64,000 nt of DNA from NCBI GenBank assembly GCA_951406725.2, contig OX597827.1, positions 21,142,001 through 21,206,000 on the forward strand, written 5' to 3'. Positions 39,839 through 52,344 of this stretch are shown here, piece after piece. Source of the DNA: Octopus vulgaris (lineage: Eukaryota). The notes under the pieces are model-generated. The model saw only the letters and a program-made list of their open reading frames with translations. It was not told the DNA's origin and made no database searches. The translations under genes were made by a program, and so were the position numbers. How positions within the stretch are numbered: position 1 is the stretch's first letter; each line of letters opens with the position of its first letter.

Positions 39839-39970
39839 CTTCTGGATTGACATTTTTATCCAAGATGAGTTGTCCATGCCGTAAGTAGTTGAGAATTGGT
39901 TCAAAATAGGTGGGACTACGATCGATGAGGTAAGCCCCGTTCGCATCAACAGAGCTGTTCCATGGAACTT
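39839..39970 (-). CDS. KCTD9: KCTD9 coding exon (BTB core)
   Basis: tatttggcag / GTAAAC, 132 nt. (E)[43 protein letters not shown](G), the [19 protein letters not shown] signature. Confidence 0.96.
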
Positions 39971-41327
39971 CTGCCAAATAAAGTGAAAACATTGGAGTCA
40001 ATGGTTTGAAAACAAATTCGAGCAACAGTTTCAGAGATAAATGAAGGGAAAGATCATGGCATATATATGTACATTTATGTGTCTGTGTAGGTATACATGT
40101 ATATATATATAATAATCAGGCAATAACCTGATAGCTCTGTGTCAGTAAGTTCATTGTACCCCCCCTTTCACTTTTTACCATGTATGTATAAATGTAAGCT
40201 TCTATGTATTTCTATGTACATACATGTGTGTGTGTGTATCTCATTGCTCATTTACTCCTGATGTCTCGATATGAAACATTTTAGTAATAATCAGGGCTGG
40301 CCATAGATTCTGTAGAATATCTGTAGAAACAATCTCAGCAAAATAATGTAACAAACACTGCTGATGCAGAAGAGACATGCTACTGACTTATAAAAACATT
40401 CAGTATGCTCCATGTTTGCATAACAAACTACCATGTACCTACAAACGTCATATATATATATATATATATATAAAGAGCACCAACTGATCGTGGCTGCTGC
40501 CAGCCTCCCCTGGCACCTCTGCTGGTGGCACGTAAAAAGCACCCACTACACTCACAGTGGTTGGCGTTAGGATGGGCATCCAGCTGTAGAAACACTGCCA
40601 GATCAGACTGGAGCCTGGTGCAGCCTCCTGGCTTCCCAGACCCCGGTCGAACCATCCAACCCATGCTAGCACGGAAAGTGGACGTTAAACGATGATGATG
40701 ATGATGATGATGTTATATATATATATATATATATATGATGATGATGAAATTTACAGGAAAACAGAAGACAAAGACAGGTGTCTAAACAACAAACAGGTGT
40801 ATTAGTTTAACACTCGGGAAGATGAGAAAGTCTTTTACGTTTTGAGCCTCCACCCTGCAACAGAAAGGAACATGAGAAAATAAAGAGAGAGGGAATAAAA
40901 ACACGTTTGGCTGATTCTTCAAGTGCTTCAGTTCAGTGCATGGACATAATATATTTACAAGATTTCTGACATATATATGTACTAGATTCCCCCATTGTGT
41001 TCATGTGCCATTTTCTATCATTAATAAGACTGTCAGCATTTTTGATGACACGGGTATGCTAGTAACGAATCATTAATTAGTGTATACTAATGATGAATTA
41101 AATTAAAGTGAAGTGCATTCACGGCCCATATTCCAATATTCAAAGTGAGTGTCACATCAGAAATACGACAACACATATGTAATCAATGTAATTAATGTAA
41201 TTAATATAATTAATGTCCAGATCATATTCACATGAGGAACAAGAAAAACATAAAGAAACAAAGTGCATTTGTGTGATAAATGCAGAGAACAATGAAATGC
41301 ATGGCATGGACAGTAAACAGTGCCTAC

Positions 41328-41389
41328 CTGATTGGTCAGAGAACATTCGAGCCAGCATACTGGCAGGCTCTTGGCGCGTCAAGGTACTC
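41328..41389 (-). CDS. KCTD9: KCTD9 coding exon (BTB)
   Basis: AAG acceptor / GTAGGC donor, 62 nt. STLTRQEPASMLARMFSDQS, cf. STL..EPDSMLAHMF. Confidence 0.92.
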
Positions 41390-42507
41390 CTTCATATTAA
41401 AACATAAAAAAATAAAACATTTCAATATGATATCATGTAAGAGATAAGATAACAACGGATATTGATTTCAAATTCTGGCACAAGGCCAGCAACTTCAAGG
41501 GAGGGGGGTAAGTTGATTACATTGAGCCCGGTGTTTGGCTATTTTAATGAACCCCAAAAAGGGATGACAGACAAAGGTGACCTTGACAGCATTTGAACTC
41601 AGAAAGTAAAAAGGGACAAAATGCAGCCAAGCATTTCGCCCATCTCACTGCCTTAATAATCCTTCCTACTCTATAGGCACAAGGCCTGAAATTTCGGGGA
41701 AGGGAGAATTTATTGACCCCCAAAAGGGTGAAAGGCGAAGTCGACCTCAGTGGAATTTGAACTCAGAACGTAGTGATGGGCGAAATACCACTAAGCATCA
41801 TGTCCAGCATGCTAACGATTTTGCCAGCTCACCACCTTTATAATAACAGCAGATATTGACAGTTCTAATGTTGATCATTAACTAACGAAGAATTATGAAG
41901 ATTCTCTGCTGTATTCAGTGATTCTGACAAACAAGATATGGAAAATTTTATGTAAAGCTGAGGTATTTAAAGCCATTCACATATTTTCTCATTATCTAAA
42001 TATTTTTTCCTCAGTGTTAATTCGTTTCTAATTTATTAATTCTGTTTTCTTATAAGTAATGAAAAATAATTTGAGATTTCTTTCACAAGTCTCCAAATCC
42101 ATTTACAATTGCTTGATTCTCAGAACACGTCTAAACCTACTTAATACTAATCCTACAGTTGAATCAAGACCGTTCTCTCTCTCTCTCCCCTCTATGAACA
42201 GTCGATAAAGCCTACCTATATCAGCTTTAGGCTGGTCCGTTCGTAATTTGTGACAATTCTTTCCTTAGTTTTCCAAACACCTTCAATTCATTCATCTTGC
42301 AATCTATTATAATTAATTATAATTAATTATGTAGACTTGGACTGTGATGGCAATTATTTCTATTCTTTGAGACCTTATTATTTGTTATAAATCTCTGTAT
42401 ATTCTTTCATATACTTTAAACAATGCCATCCCTTTTCTGATGCTAGTAAATGGTGGTCACATATCATGGCTATGTAATACAAGTGTAACAATACTTTCTA
42501 AGTATTG

Positions 42508-43366
42508 GGATCTTTTCGGTTTGAACGGCAGTTTTTTCATTATTTCTAGGTAATTCTAGGTATAGGCGCAGGAGTGGCTGTGTGGTAAGTAGCTTGCTAA
42601 CCAACCACATGGTTCCGGGTTCAGTCCCACTGCGTGGCATCTTGGGCAAGTGTCTTCTGCTATAGCCCCGGGCCGACCAATGCCTTGTGAGTGGATTTGG
42701 TAGACGGAAACTGAAAGAAGCCCGTCGTATATATGTATATATATATATATATTTATATATGTGTGTGTGTGTGTGTTTGTGTGTCTGTGTTTGTCCCCCT
42801 AGCATTGCTTGACAACCGATGCTGGTGTGTTTACGTTCCCGTCACTTAGCAGTTCGGCAAAAGAGACCGATAGAATAAGTACTGGGCTAACAAAGAATAA
42901 GTCCCAGGGTCGATTTGCTCGACTAAAAGGCGGTGCTCCAGCATGGCCGCAGTCAAATGACTGAAACAAATAAAAGAGTAAAAGAGTAAAGAGTAATTAA
43001 AAAATTTTAAACTTCGTATACTGGTAGAATGTGTTTATAAAACATCTTTTTCTCTTGGCTTTATTGAGAAAATTCTATAGTTTGTAAGATATTTGGTCTT
43101 TGATTTCTTGCATTTCGGCAATTTCAACCAATCAATGACCGTCTATTGAGGTGAAAACATTCTGTGCCGTATGAATATGTCCCTCGTTTAAGAAACAGAT
43201 TGGGTTTATTTACATTTGTGAAGAAAAAAAGATACCCTTCCCCCCACTCCTAACCCCAACCCTAAAACAGATTGAAATGCAATAGATTGATACTAGAGTC
43301 ATAATTATGGGTGACAATTTCATATGACACCGCTAGAAAAAACTGCCGTTCAAACCGAAACGATCC
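42508..43366. mobile_element. MITE (GGATC TIR family) with nested SINE
   Basis: TSD AAGTATTG on both sides. SINE inserted at about 42565-42995. Confidence 0.92.
42565..42995 (+). mobile_element. Full-length tRNA-derived SINE (family 1)
   Basis: GGCGCAGGAGTGGCTGTGTGG (A box), GGTTCAGTCCC (B box), central TA/TG microsatellite, (TAAAAGAG)n tail. Confidence 0.9.
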
Positions 43367-44373
43367 AAGTATTGTTTCATTTCACCAATGTTTCAGTGAA
43401 GTTTGCATTTTATTTTGAAGGCCATTATCTAAATGGATTCGGCAGAGGGCACCACTTGTAACACTCTTGTTACATGTGATTCACAGTAAGAGTACACTAA
43501 ATATCTGTAGACTCCATACATCCAGGACAGATGTTTGTTGTTCTTGGTGTTGGTCAGTCTTTTATTCATTTCCTGCTAAAGCATCAACCACTGTCAACAC
43601 TTTTACTCAATTTTTTTTGTCGCCGACTCCACGACGCCTGCTACAGACAAAGAGTCAGCATGGTTTTGACAGAATTGCCTCCCTTTATCAATGTAAATAC
43701 TTTTAAGGCAAATGCGCTGACTTACATCAGCACACACACACGTGCATTCACCCCCACCCCCCTCATCACTCTCTCAACCCTAACCCTCTCACTTCCTGTT
43801 CTTCTGTCCATCATGACAACACCTCATCACCACCCTCTTTATCTTTTTCCAGTTCCACCCCATTTACTTCCACCCACCCTAAGACAATGTGGGGTAACCA
43901 TATATTTCCTTCACAACAACAAACTTGCCCCTGTCCCTTCCTTCATTACGCTTCAATTTCTCAGTACCTGGTCCGAAGCCACCTCACCCCCACCCTCCTC
44001 AACTCTTCTCCCTCTCGGTCAAGGCATCTCTTTAGTGTACTACTACTACTACTGCTGCTGCTGCTATAGTTAGTGAGTAATAAATATTCAGTTCATGAAT
44101 TTAAATCTAAAACCATGATTGCATCAACTTGTGTCACACAAGCAACCCACCCACAAACGATACAAAACTCGATTATCAATACCATATCATCTATCATCAT
44201 GAGTGTTAATCATAACCAACCGTAACTCTATTTGCATTATTATTCCACCGAGGTCAACTTTGCTTTTCATCCTTTCGGGGTCGATAAATTAAGTACCAGT
44301 GAAACACTGGGGGGGTCGATGTAACCGACTTACTCCCTCCCCCAAAATTGCTGTCTTTGTGGAAAAATCTGAA

Positions 44374-44417
<44 letters not shown>

Positions 44418-45767
44418 CAAGACATTTTGCTAGTAATACCTAGATTGCTCTACTTGGCTTATTTGATTGACCTAATTTGAGAAACACAATAGAACTGAAG
44501 TGAAACTTTCTGTAAAGACATAGGAAGTGGGGAGGGGCAGATAGTAACACAAATATTACAATTACAATTAATAATCGAAATATCATAATTGCAATTTATA
44601 ATTAGAATAGATCCAGAATGGATGGCTGAATATTTGTGGTAACTTAGTCGTAACAAAAGATTCCTGAGGTAAGGAATGCAACAGGAGGAGGGTGGGGGCT
44701 GCTTCAATAAAATCTTGTAATCATGATTTAGCAATTTTTTCCGATAAACTCGAGTGTGCTGATGTGGTTCACTTTTATAATGAGGGAAGCAAACCCAGGT
44801 TCAATCTCCTCCCACAGTTGGCAAGTATTTTTTAACCTCAGGTCAACAAGAGGATTTTGAGTACAATTGCATAGGGAACAGGGCATAAATCCATCAAATG
44901 GACCCTACCTATTCTTAGCTGGTTATCAGGTTTAATACTACTATCTGGACATTGGGTATTTGTAGCAGAGTCCAGTATGTTGTGAAGAAATCCCTAATCC
45001 AAGAATATCAACATCTTTCTCCCTTTCTCTCACCAGTCTTAGAGACCCTGTAAAAAGGGATCAGTGAGACTGGTGAGGTCATATAAAAAAAAAAATATTC
45101 ATAAGTAACAAATGGTCAGTGAGCACCAATACCTGATGGTGATCCTGTATAGATAACATGGCTAAAACAACATCCCTTTCTCTTAGTGGCCAGAAAATTA
45201 TAGCTTTTATCAAATGCTGAGTCTCTCAAATATAATACACAATGGAGCCCTGCTTCCACAGCAGAGTCCATTCTGCTGACAGAAGCACAAATATCCTCAA
45301 TCACATTCAAAAAGAAGCCATCCAATCAAATGACAAAGGCTCACCAAAATACCTATTTCTTTACTACCCCCAAGGAGCTAAACACAAAGAGGACAAACAA
45401 GGACAGACAAAGAGATTAAGTCGATTACATCGATCCCCAGTGCATAACTGGTACTTAATTTATCTACCCCGAAAGGATGAAAGGCAAAGTCGACCTCGGC
45501 GGAATTTGAACTCAGAATGTAACGGCAAATGAAATACAGCTACGCATTTAAGGTTCACCAAAATACCACAACCATAATCTCACAAACACCCTCACTCTGT
45601 GTGTGTGTGTGTCTCTCTCTCTTTCTTTCTTTCTCTCTCTCTCTCTCTCTCTTGCACTCTCTCCCTCTCTTCTATTGCTGCTACATCGACCTTTGCATAC
45701 AAGTTCCACTTGAAATCTCTTCTACTCAGAATCATTCAACATACTTTGATAGTTTGCTTCCTCTTAC

Positions 45768-45918
45768 CGTGTTGTCGAGAACAACTTGCCACCAATGTTC
45801 AATGTAAGCCATTCATTTCGGTCAGCAGGCACCAACTTTGTTCGTTGTTTCTCTTTAGCAGCCACAGTCGGTGCAACTGAGACGCTGGCATGATGTGATG
45901 TACGGGTACTGAGATAAG
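45768..45918 (-). CDS. KCTD9: KCTD9 coding exon (linker and start of BTB domain)
   Basis: cctttgcag / GTAAGA, 151 nt. YLSTRTSHHASVSVAPTVAAKEKQRTKLVPADRNEWLTLNIGGKLFSTT(R). The 3' half is a canonical BTB start (WLTLNIGG). The acceptor is inferred from phase fit. Confidence 0.88.
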
Positions 45919-46752
45919 CTGCAAAGGTGGACAAAGAAAAAATATTATGGACAATTAAACAGTTATTTCCAGTACCATCTCAAAGCGTGGGCACACTGTG
46001 TAGTTGCCCAGGAGCTTCACAGGGCGAGGGGTCCAATTCTGATCTCTGACTCAGTGTAATGATTTGCCCAGGGGCCTATATTAGGGTTAAGATGTCCCTG
46101 GTCATCTCATGTAGTAGGATCGCTAATGGTAAAAGATAAGTTAAGCTAGTGTCCTAATTACACTCATTAAGAAACAAGATCATATTATTGTAGCTGTTCA
46201 CTAACTTTAATTACGTTTCGCTGCCATATGTAGGTCAATTTTGGTTGACATGAAAGTTTTGTCTTGTGTTCTTATTGCTTTAGAAGTTATAAAGAATATT
46301 TTATTGTCCAGAATTTAATTTATTGTCCACAATTGAAGACGATTGTGTTGAAGTAGTTCAATGATGTGCTTCTGTAGAGTACGACAGCCTGGCAGACGAT
46401 AAAATTCTCCAGCCTCTCCAAGTTTAATCAATGAAGAAGGCCAAACTCATCACAACAACCTAATAGAGACAGGTTTAACATTCAACAATTATACAATGCT
46501 CCAACTTGCTACTTCAACGATAACTCTTCATGACATTTATTTACAGGGCCACAGAGGGCTCGGTGGAGCAGTAACGGGCTGTATTCGATAATTCCAATTC
46601 TTACTTGTCCTTCATCTATTAGCCAGGAGGGAAAATAAAACAAATCGCTTGTTACGGAGAAACAAAGAATTGTCTCAGCTACTGTCAGCAGGGACAGTAT
46701 TGAAGTTGCGCCTTTGGTTACAGAAGACGAAAACGGAAAGAAAAATACTCAC

Positions 46753-46796
46753 GCTTAAATGGTTCACCATCAGACACGTAAAGAACATCATCATCT
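46753..46796 (-). CDS. KCTD9: KCTD9 coding exon
   Basis: ttctttgtag / GTGAGT, 44 nt. (R)DDDVLYVSDGEPFK(P), cf. KCTD9 RDDDVLFVCEGEPF. Phases 2/1 fit the neighbours. Confidence 0.93.
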
Positions 46797-47980
46797 CTAC
46801 AAAGAATTAAAAGGGGAAGGTTAAAGAAAGAATATAGAGATGAATAAATGTGTGTGTGTGTACATTTATTTAGATTATGCTAGTATGGTCATGTGATGCA
46901 TATGGATGAGGACAGCTGCATGAAGAAGTGCTAATCTCTAACTGTGGAGGGAACCTGTGGAAGTGGTGGACCCAGGAAGACATGGAGCAAGGTGGTGAAG
47001 CATGATCTTTGAATGTGGCATCTCACAGGGGCAATGACAAGTGATCGTGACCACCATGGGCAATTTGCTGAGCTTGAGAAGACTCATCAAGCCAAGTGAA
47101 ATCGCAGTTGCGTCCAGTGCTGGTGACACATAACAGCATCCACACCAGTGACACGTAAAAGTACCTGTGCCAGTGACATGTTATAAGGACCCACCACACT
47201 CTCGGACTGGTTGGTGTCAGGAAGAGCATCCAGCCATAGAAACCAAACCAAAGTCAGACTACATCCTGGTGCAGCTCTCTCATTTGCCAATTCCAGTCAA
47301 ACTGTCGAACCCATACCAGCATGGACAACAGGCGTTAAATGATGATGATGATGATGATAAACTTTAAGAATGTTGGTGTGCATTCATGTTTATGTGTATG
47401 TGTATATAAATGTGTGTGTGTGCGTGTGTTTGTCATCAGCAGCAGCAGACTCATGCTTGCATGGTTGAACAAAGTTTATTGTGACACATTTTCTATGGTT
47501 GGATGCCCTTCCCATAGTCAACCCTTATCTGTTTCCAATCAAGATAATCTCTCCAGTCATGCTTTCACACAATGCTGGAAAAGAAGGACACTGCTTGTGT
47601 GATGGTGAGACTCGTTTACGACTGTCACTTGAAGGAGGCAGTAACATACACAAAGAAATACACACATGCATTCAAACAGACATACACACCAACGTGTGTG
47701 TGTGTGTGTATATATATACATATACATATACGATGGGCTTCTTTCAGTTTCCATCTACCAAATCCACTCACAAGGCTTTAGTTGGTCCAGGGCTGTAGTA
47801 GGTGGCATTCTATGGGATTGAACCTGGAACAATGTGGTTGGGAAGTAAAAGTTTTTGCACAAAGCCATGACTGTATATATATATACACACATACACACAC
47901 ACACACACATATATATATATACACACACACATACACATATATATATATATACACACACACATACACATATATATATATAT

Positions 47981-48073
<93 letters not shown>

Positions 48074-48883
48074 TTGCGTTATGAGATAAAAAACCATGGT
48101 TGTGTAGATATTAGAACATTTATCTATAAATGTTCTAATATCTACACAGCCTTGGTTTTTTTATCTCATTACGCAAAAAATTCTTATATAAACATGCTGA
48201 CATATGACCAATGCTGAACCTCTTATTCGCAAAATCACTGAACCTGGAACTTAACTATGGTCTGTCTATAGCACTTATTCAGCATTACCTGACACCTTTA
48301 AGTCCCAATGACACCATTACCTCTTATAACCTCTTCATTGGACACTAAACTCTGCTTGCGAAGACTTGTTATGGCAATCAAAATCAAAATCAAATTCGAT
48401 GACTGACATCCTTGCTAGTGGAGAGCTAAGAGTACTATACAAGAGAGATTGTGGCCAGAGCAACAAGCTGGCCTCCGTGCCGGTGGCATGTTAAAAACAC
48501 CATTCGAATGTGAGCGTTACCTGCGTCGCCTTACTAGCACTTATGCTGGCGGCACGTGAAAAACATTCGAGCGAGGTCATTGCCAGTACCGCTGGACTGG
48601 CTCCTGTGCAGGTGGTACATAAAAAGCACCATTTGAGCATGGCCGTTGGCAGTACCGCCTGACTGGCCCTCGTGCCGGTGGCACGTAAAAGCACCTACTT
48701 CACTCTCGGAGTGGTTGGCGTTAGGAAGGGCATCCAGCTGTAGAAACTCTGCCAGTTCAGATTGGAGCCTTGTGCAGCCATCTGGTTCGCCAGACCTCAG
48801 CCAAATCGTCCAACCCCTGCTAGCATGGAAAGCGGACATTAAACGATGATGATGATGTGTGTATATGTATGTATGTATGTATG

Positions 48884-48926
<43 letters not shown>

Positions 48927-49594
48927 ACCTCACGGGTGCTGATGCTATGTAAAAGGCATCCAGTCCACTCTGTAAAGTATTTGGCATTAGGAAGGATATC
49001 CAGCTATAAAAATCTTGCCAAAGCAGAGCGTAGAGCTTGGTGCAATACTGTGGTTACCCCCTCCTTTCAAACTGTCCAACCCATGCCAACATGAAAGAAA
49101 TGATGAAGATAAAGATGATGATACATGTATATATTTCTACACACACACACACACATATCAGCGTCCTTAAGTTCTTACTAAATCCACTGAAAAGGCTTTG
49201 GTTGGCCTAGGGTTGAAGTAGAAGACAGTTGCCCCTGTCCCACCCCCACCCAAAGTGCCATGCAGTGGGAATGAACACAAAGCCACCATGTGCTTACTAA
49301 GTAAAATTCTTAACACAGAGCCAACACTGTACCTATGCTGCTTGCCTCCTGCCTATATTTTCATCATCATCATTTAACATCCAATTTTCCATGCTGTCAT
49401 GGGTCAGACAGAATTTGTTGAGGCAGATTTTCTATGGCTGAGATGCCCTTCCTGTTGTCCACCCTCACCTGTTTCCCAGTAATGGTGATACTTCCCAAAG
49501 GCCAGACATGTTTTCATGGAAGATTGGGAATAAACAATACCACCTGTATGAGGGTGACATCCATTTACTGAATGTCAAAATGAAGAGACACAAA

Positions 49595-49658
<64 letters not shown>

Positions 49659-49900
49659 GCACACATTTTCAGCTTCTGTCTGCCAAATCCGCTCACAAAG
49701 CTCTGATAAACCTATAATAGAAAACAGCTGCCCAAGGTGCCAAGCAGTGGGTCTAAACCCAATACCATTTGGAAGTGAACTTCTTAATCCCACAGCCATG
49801 CCAGCACCCACGTGTGTGTGTGTGTGTGTGTGCACACACAAATTTATGCAAACACAAGCACACTCACACGCATGCATATATATTAAGATCAATATCTGAC

Positions 49901-50022
49901 CTGATTAACTTTATGTCATCAATGAAGCCTCCTTGTGGAGTGTAGAGTGATCGGGCTGTTATACCCAACTTCCTGCCAGCTTCCAGGAGGATCTCATCCA
50001 AGCTCTTCCCCAAACCAATCAC
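49901..50022 (-). CDS. KCTD9: KCTD9 coding exon (first one located; KHA-like N-terminal region)
   Basis: tttttcag acceptor, GTCAGA donor, 122 nt. Translates VIGLGKSLDEILLEAGRKLGITARSLYTPQGGFIDDIKLI(R), matching the KCTD9 GG.IDDI.LIRDDD motif. Confidence 0.93.
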
Positions 50023-50507
50023 CTGAAAAAAAAAACGAAAAAAAACACAAGTTCAAAGATCAATTCAAATTAGAATTTCTAATTTAGATACAAAGCCATC
50101 AATCTCGGGGGATTAACCCCTCCCCCCCAGCTAACCAAAAGGTTGGATCGTTTTTTGAGAGGTTTAGACTCAGAGTATACAAATGCCAGAATGAATATCT
50201 CAAAGTGTTTACCTGATCTTCTACTGACTCATTTCAAATAATCATTTTGAATCATAAACACAATGCCTAATAATATTCATTTTAAATTTTGGCACAAGGC
50301 CAGCAATTTTGGCACAAAATCAGCAAGTTGATTTCATTGACCTCAGTGTCTAACAGGTACTTATTTTATCAACTTCACCATGACCACCACCACCAAAAAA
50401 AAAGATAAAAGATAAAGTTGACCATGGCAAAATTTGAACTCAGAACCTAAGTCAGATGAAATGCTGCTAAGCATTTGGCCCAGGGCAGTAATAATTCTTA
50501 CATAAGC

Positions 50508-50561
<54 letters not shown>

Positions 50562-50572
50562 TAATAATAATA

Positions 50573-51635
50573 ATCTGTGGAAATTATGACCTAGAAATAT
50601 CAAGGACATGGTCTGACCAAATCCCTGAGGGAGTTACTGAGAAAGAAGATTGCAAAATCCTGGGGGATGCACTGATTCAGTTTGACCATCAAATCAGACA
50701 TTGGAAATGCAACATTGTTGTGGTGAACAAATAGGAAGGAACTTGTGTGAGAATCAACAAAGCATGTCCTACTGACAACATGATCAAAGAGAAAGAAGAA
50801 TAAAAAGGAAACAACTGTGACGAATTTAGGTTGTGGTCAATGAAGAGAGTGGAAATGATGATGATGATGATCATCATCATCGTTTAACGTCCGTTTTCCA
50901 TGCTAGCATGGGTTGGACGGTTTTGACTGAGGGCTGGCAACCAGATGGCTGCACCAGGCTCCAGTCTTGATTTGGCAGAGTTTCTACAGCTGGATGCCCT
51001 TCCTAACGCCAACCACTCCGAGAATGTAGTGGGTGCTTTTTACATGCCACCTGCACAGGGACCAATCAGGCGGTACTGGCAATGTCCTCGCTCAAATCTT
51101 TTACATGTGCCACCGATACAGATGCCAATGAAGCGACGTTGGTAACAATCACGCTTGAATGGTGCACTTTTTACGTGCCACAGGTACGGAAGCCAGTTGG
51201 CTGCTCTGCCAACGATCCCACTCGGATGGTGTTCTTGGCACCCTACTAGCACAAGCACAAGTGCCAGTAAGGCGACGCTGGTAACGATCATACTCGAATA
51301 GCCTCTCTGTCAACGATCACACTTGTATGGTGCTCTTTGCACCCCGCTAGCACGGATGCCAGTCATCGAAATGATTTTGATTTTGATTTAATTTTGATTA
51401 CACTTGCCACCAATACTAATTGGTGCACTTGGAAGTATCAGCACTCAGCTACCAACATGGCTGGAAAAGTTCGGTGCAAGTGTGAAGGTAGAACACCTAC
51501 AAAACCCAGCAAGAATTCTTCGCAGGGTTCTTGAAGCATGACCAGTAAACAAGTGTCACCTTAATCTGCTGGCTGTGGACAGTTGATGCTTTCCATCATA
51601 CTCAGCAAAATAACTTGTTTTTGTCAAATAATAAT
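50573..51635 (+). mobile_element. R4/Dong-like (restriction-like endonuclease) LINE 3' fragment, split by an RTE tail
   Basis: W..QIPEGVTEKEDCKILGD..IQFDHQI...NIVVVNK...RLWSMKRVE (50573-50854) resumes as PILIGALGSIS...PARILRRVLEA* (51410-51541). (TAA)n lies directly 5' and a short TAATAAT 3'. Confidence 0.8.
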
Positions 51636-52344
51636 GGTTTTAAATCTTGACACACGGCCAGCAATTTCGGAGGGGGGGGGGTCAATTACATTGACCCTAG
51701 TGCAAAACTGTTACTTGTTTCATTGACCCTGAAAGGATGAAAGGCAAAGTCAACCTCAGCAGCACTTGAACTCACAATGTAAAGATGAAATACCGCAAAG
51801 AATTTTAATAATAATAATAATAACAACAATAATCCTTTCTACTAAAGATACAAGGCCCCAAAATTTGTGGGAAGGGGATAATTGATTACATTGACCCCAG
51901 TACACAACAGGTACTTATTTTTTCGACCCCAAAAGGATGAAAAGCAAAGTTGACCTCAGCAGAATTTGAACTCGGAATGTAAAGGTGGATGAAATGCCCC
52001 CAAGCATTTTGGCCAGCACGCTAACCATTCTGAGAGTTCACCTTAACAACAACAACACTGTGTAACATGATTTCTGTCCTTGGACAGCAACTATTACTTC
52101 CTGTTTGCTTAATCCTAGAAAGTATGAAAAATGGCTAATATTTCCTTCAGACTTTGCTTTTGTCACATTTATTCAAACCCCAAAGAATCTCTCTGCTCAA
52201 CGCATGGTTACGATGCTCCCACCCACTACTCCTGCTCATAATTACAGATGCACACATTGTCAGCCACAAAGAGACAAGCTCAAGTGGTTAAGGTCAAGCA
52301 ACTGAAAACATATCTGTGGTACTGAACAGAATATTTGTTCAGCA

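Noticed and set aside
42565-42640. tRNA genes at SINE heads
   Set aside because: A and B boxes run into SINE bodies and tails in many diverged copies. No full cloverleaf is evident.
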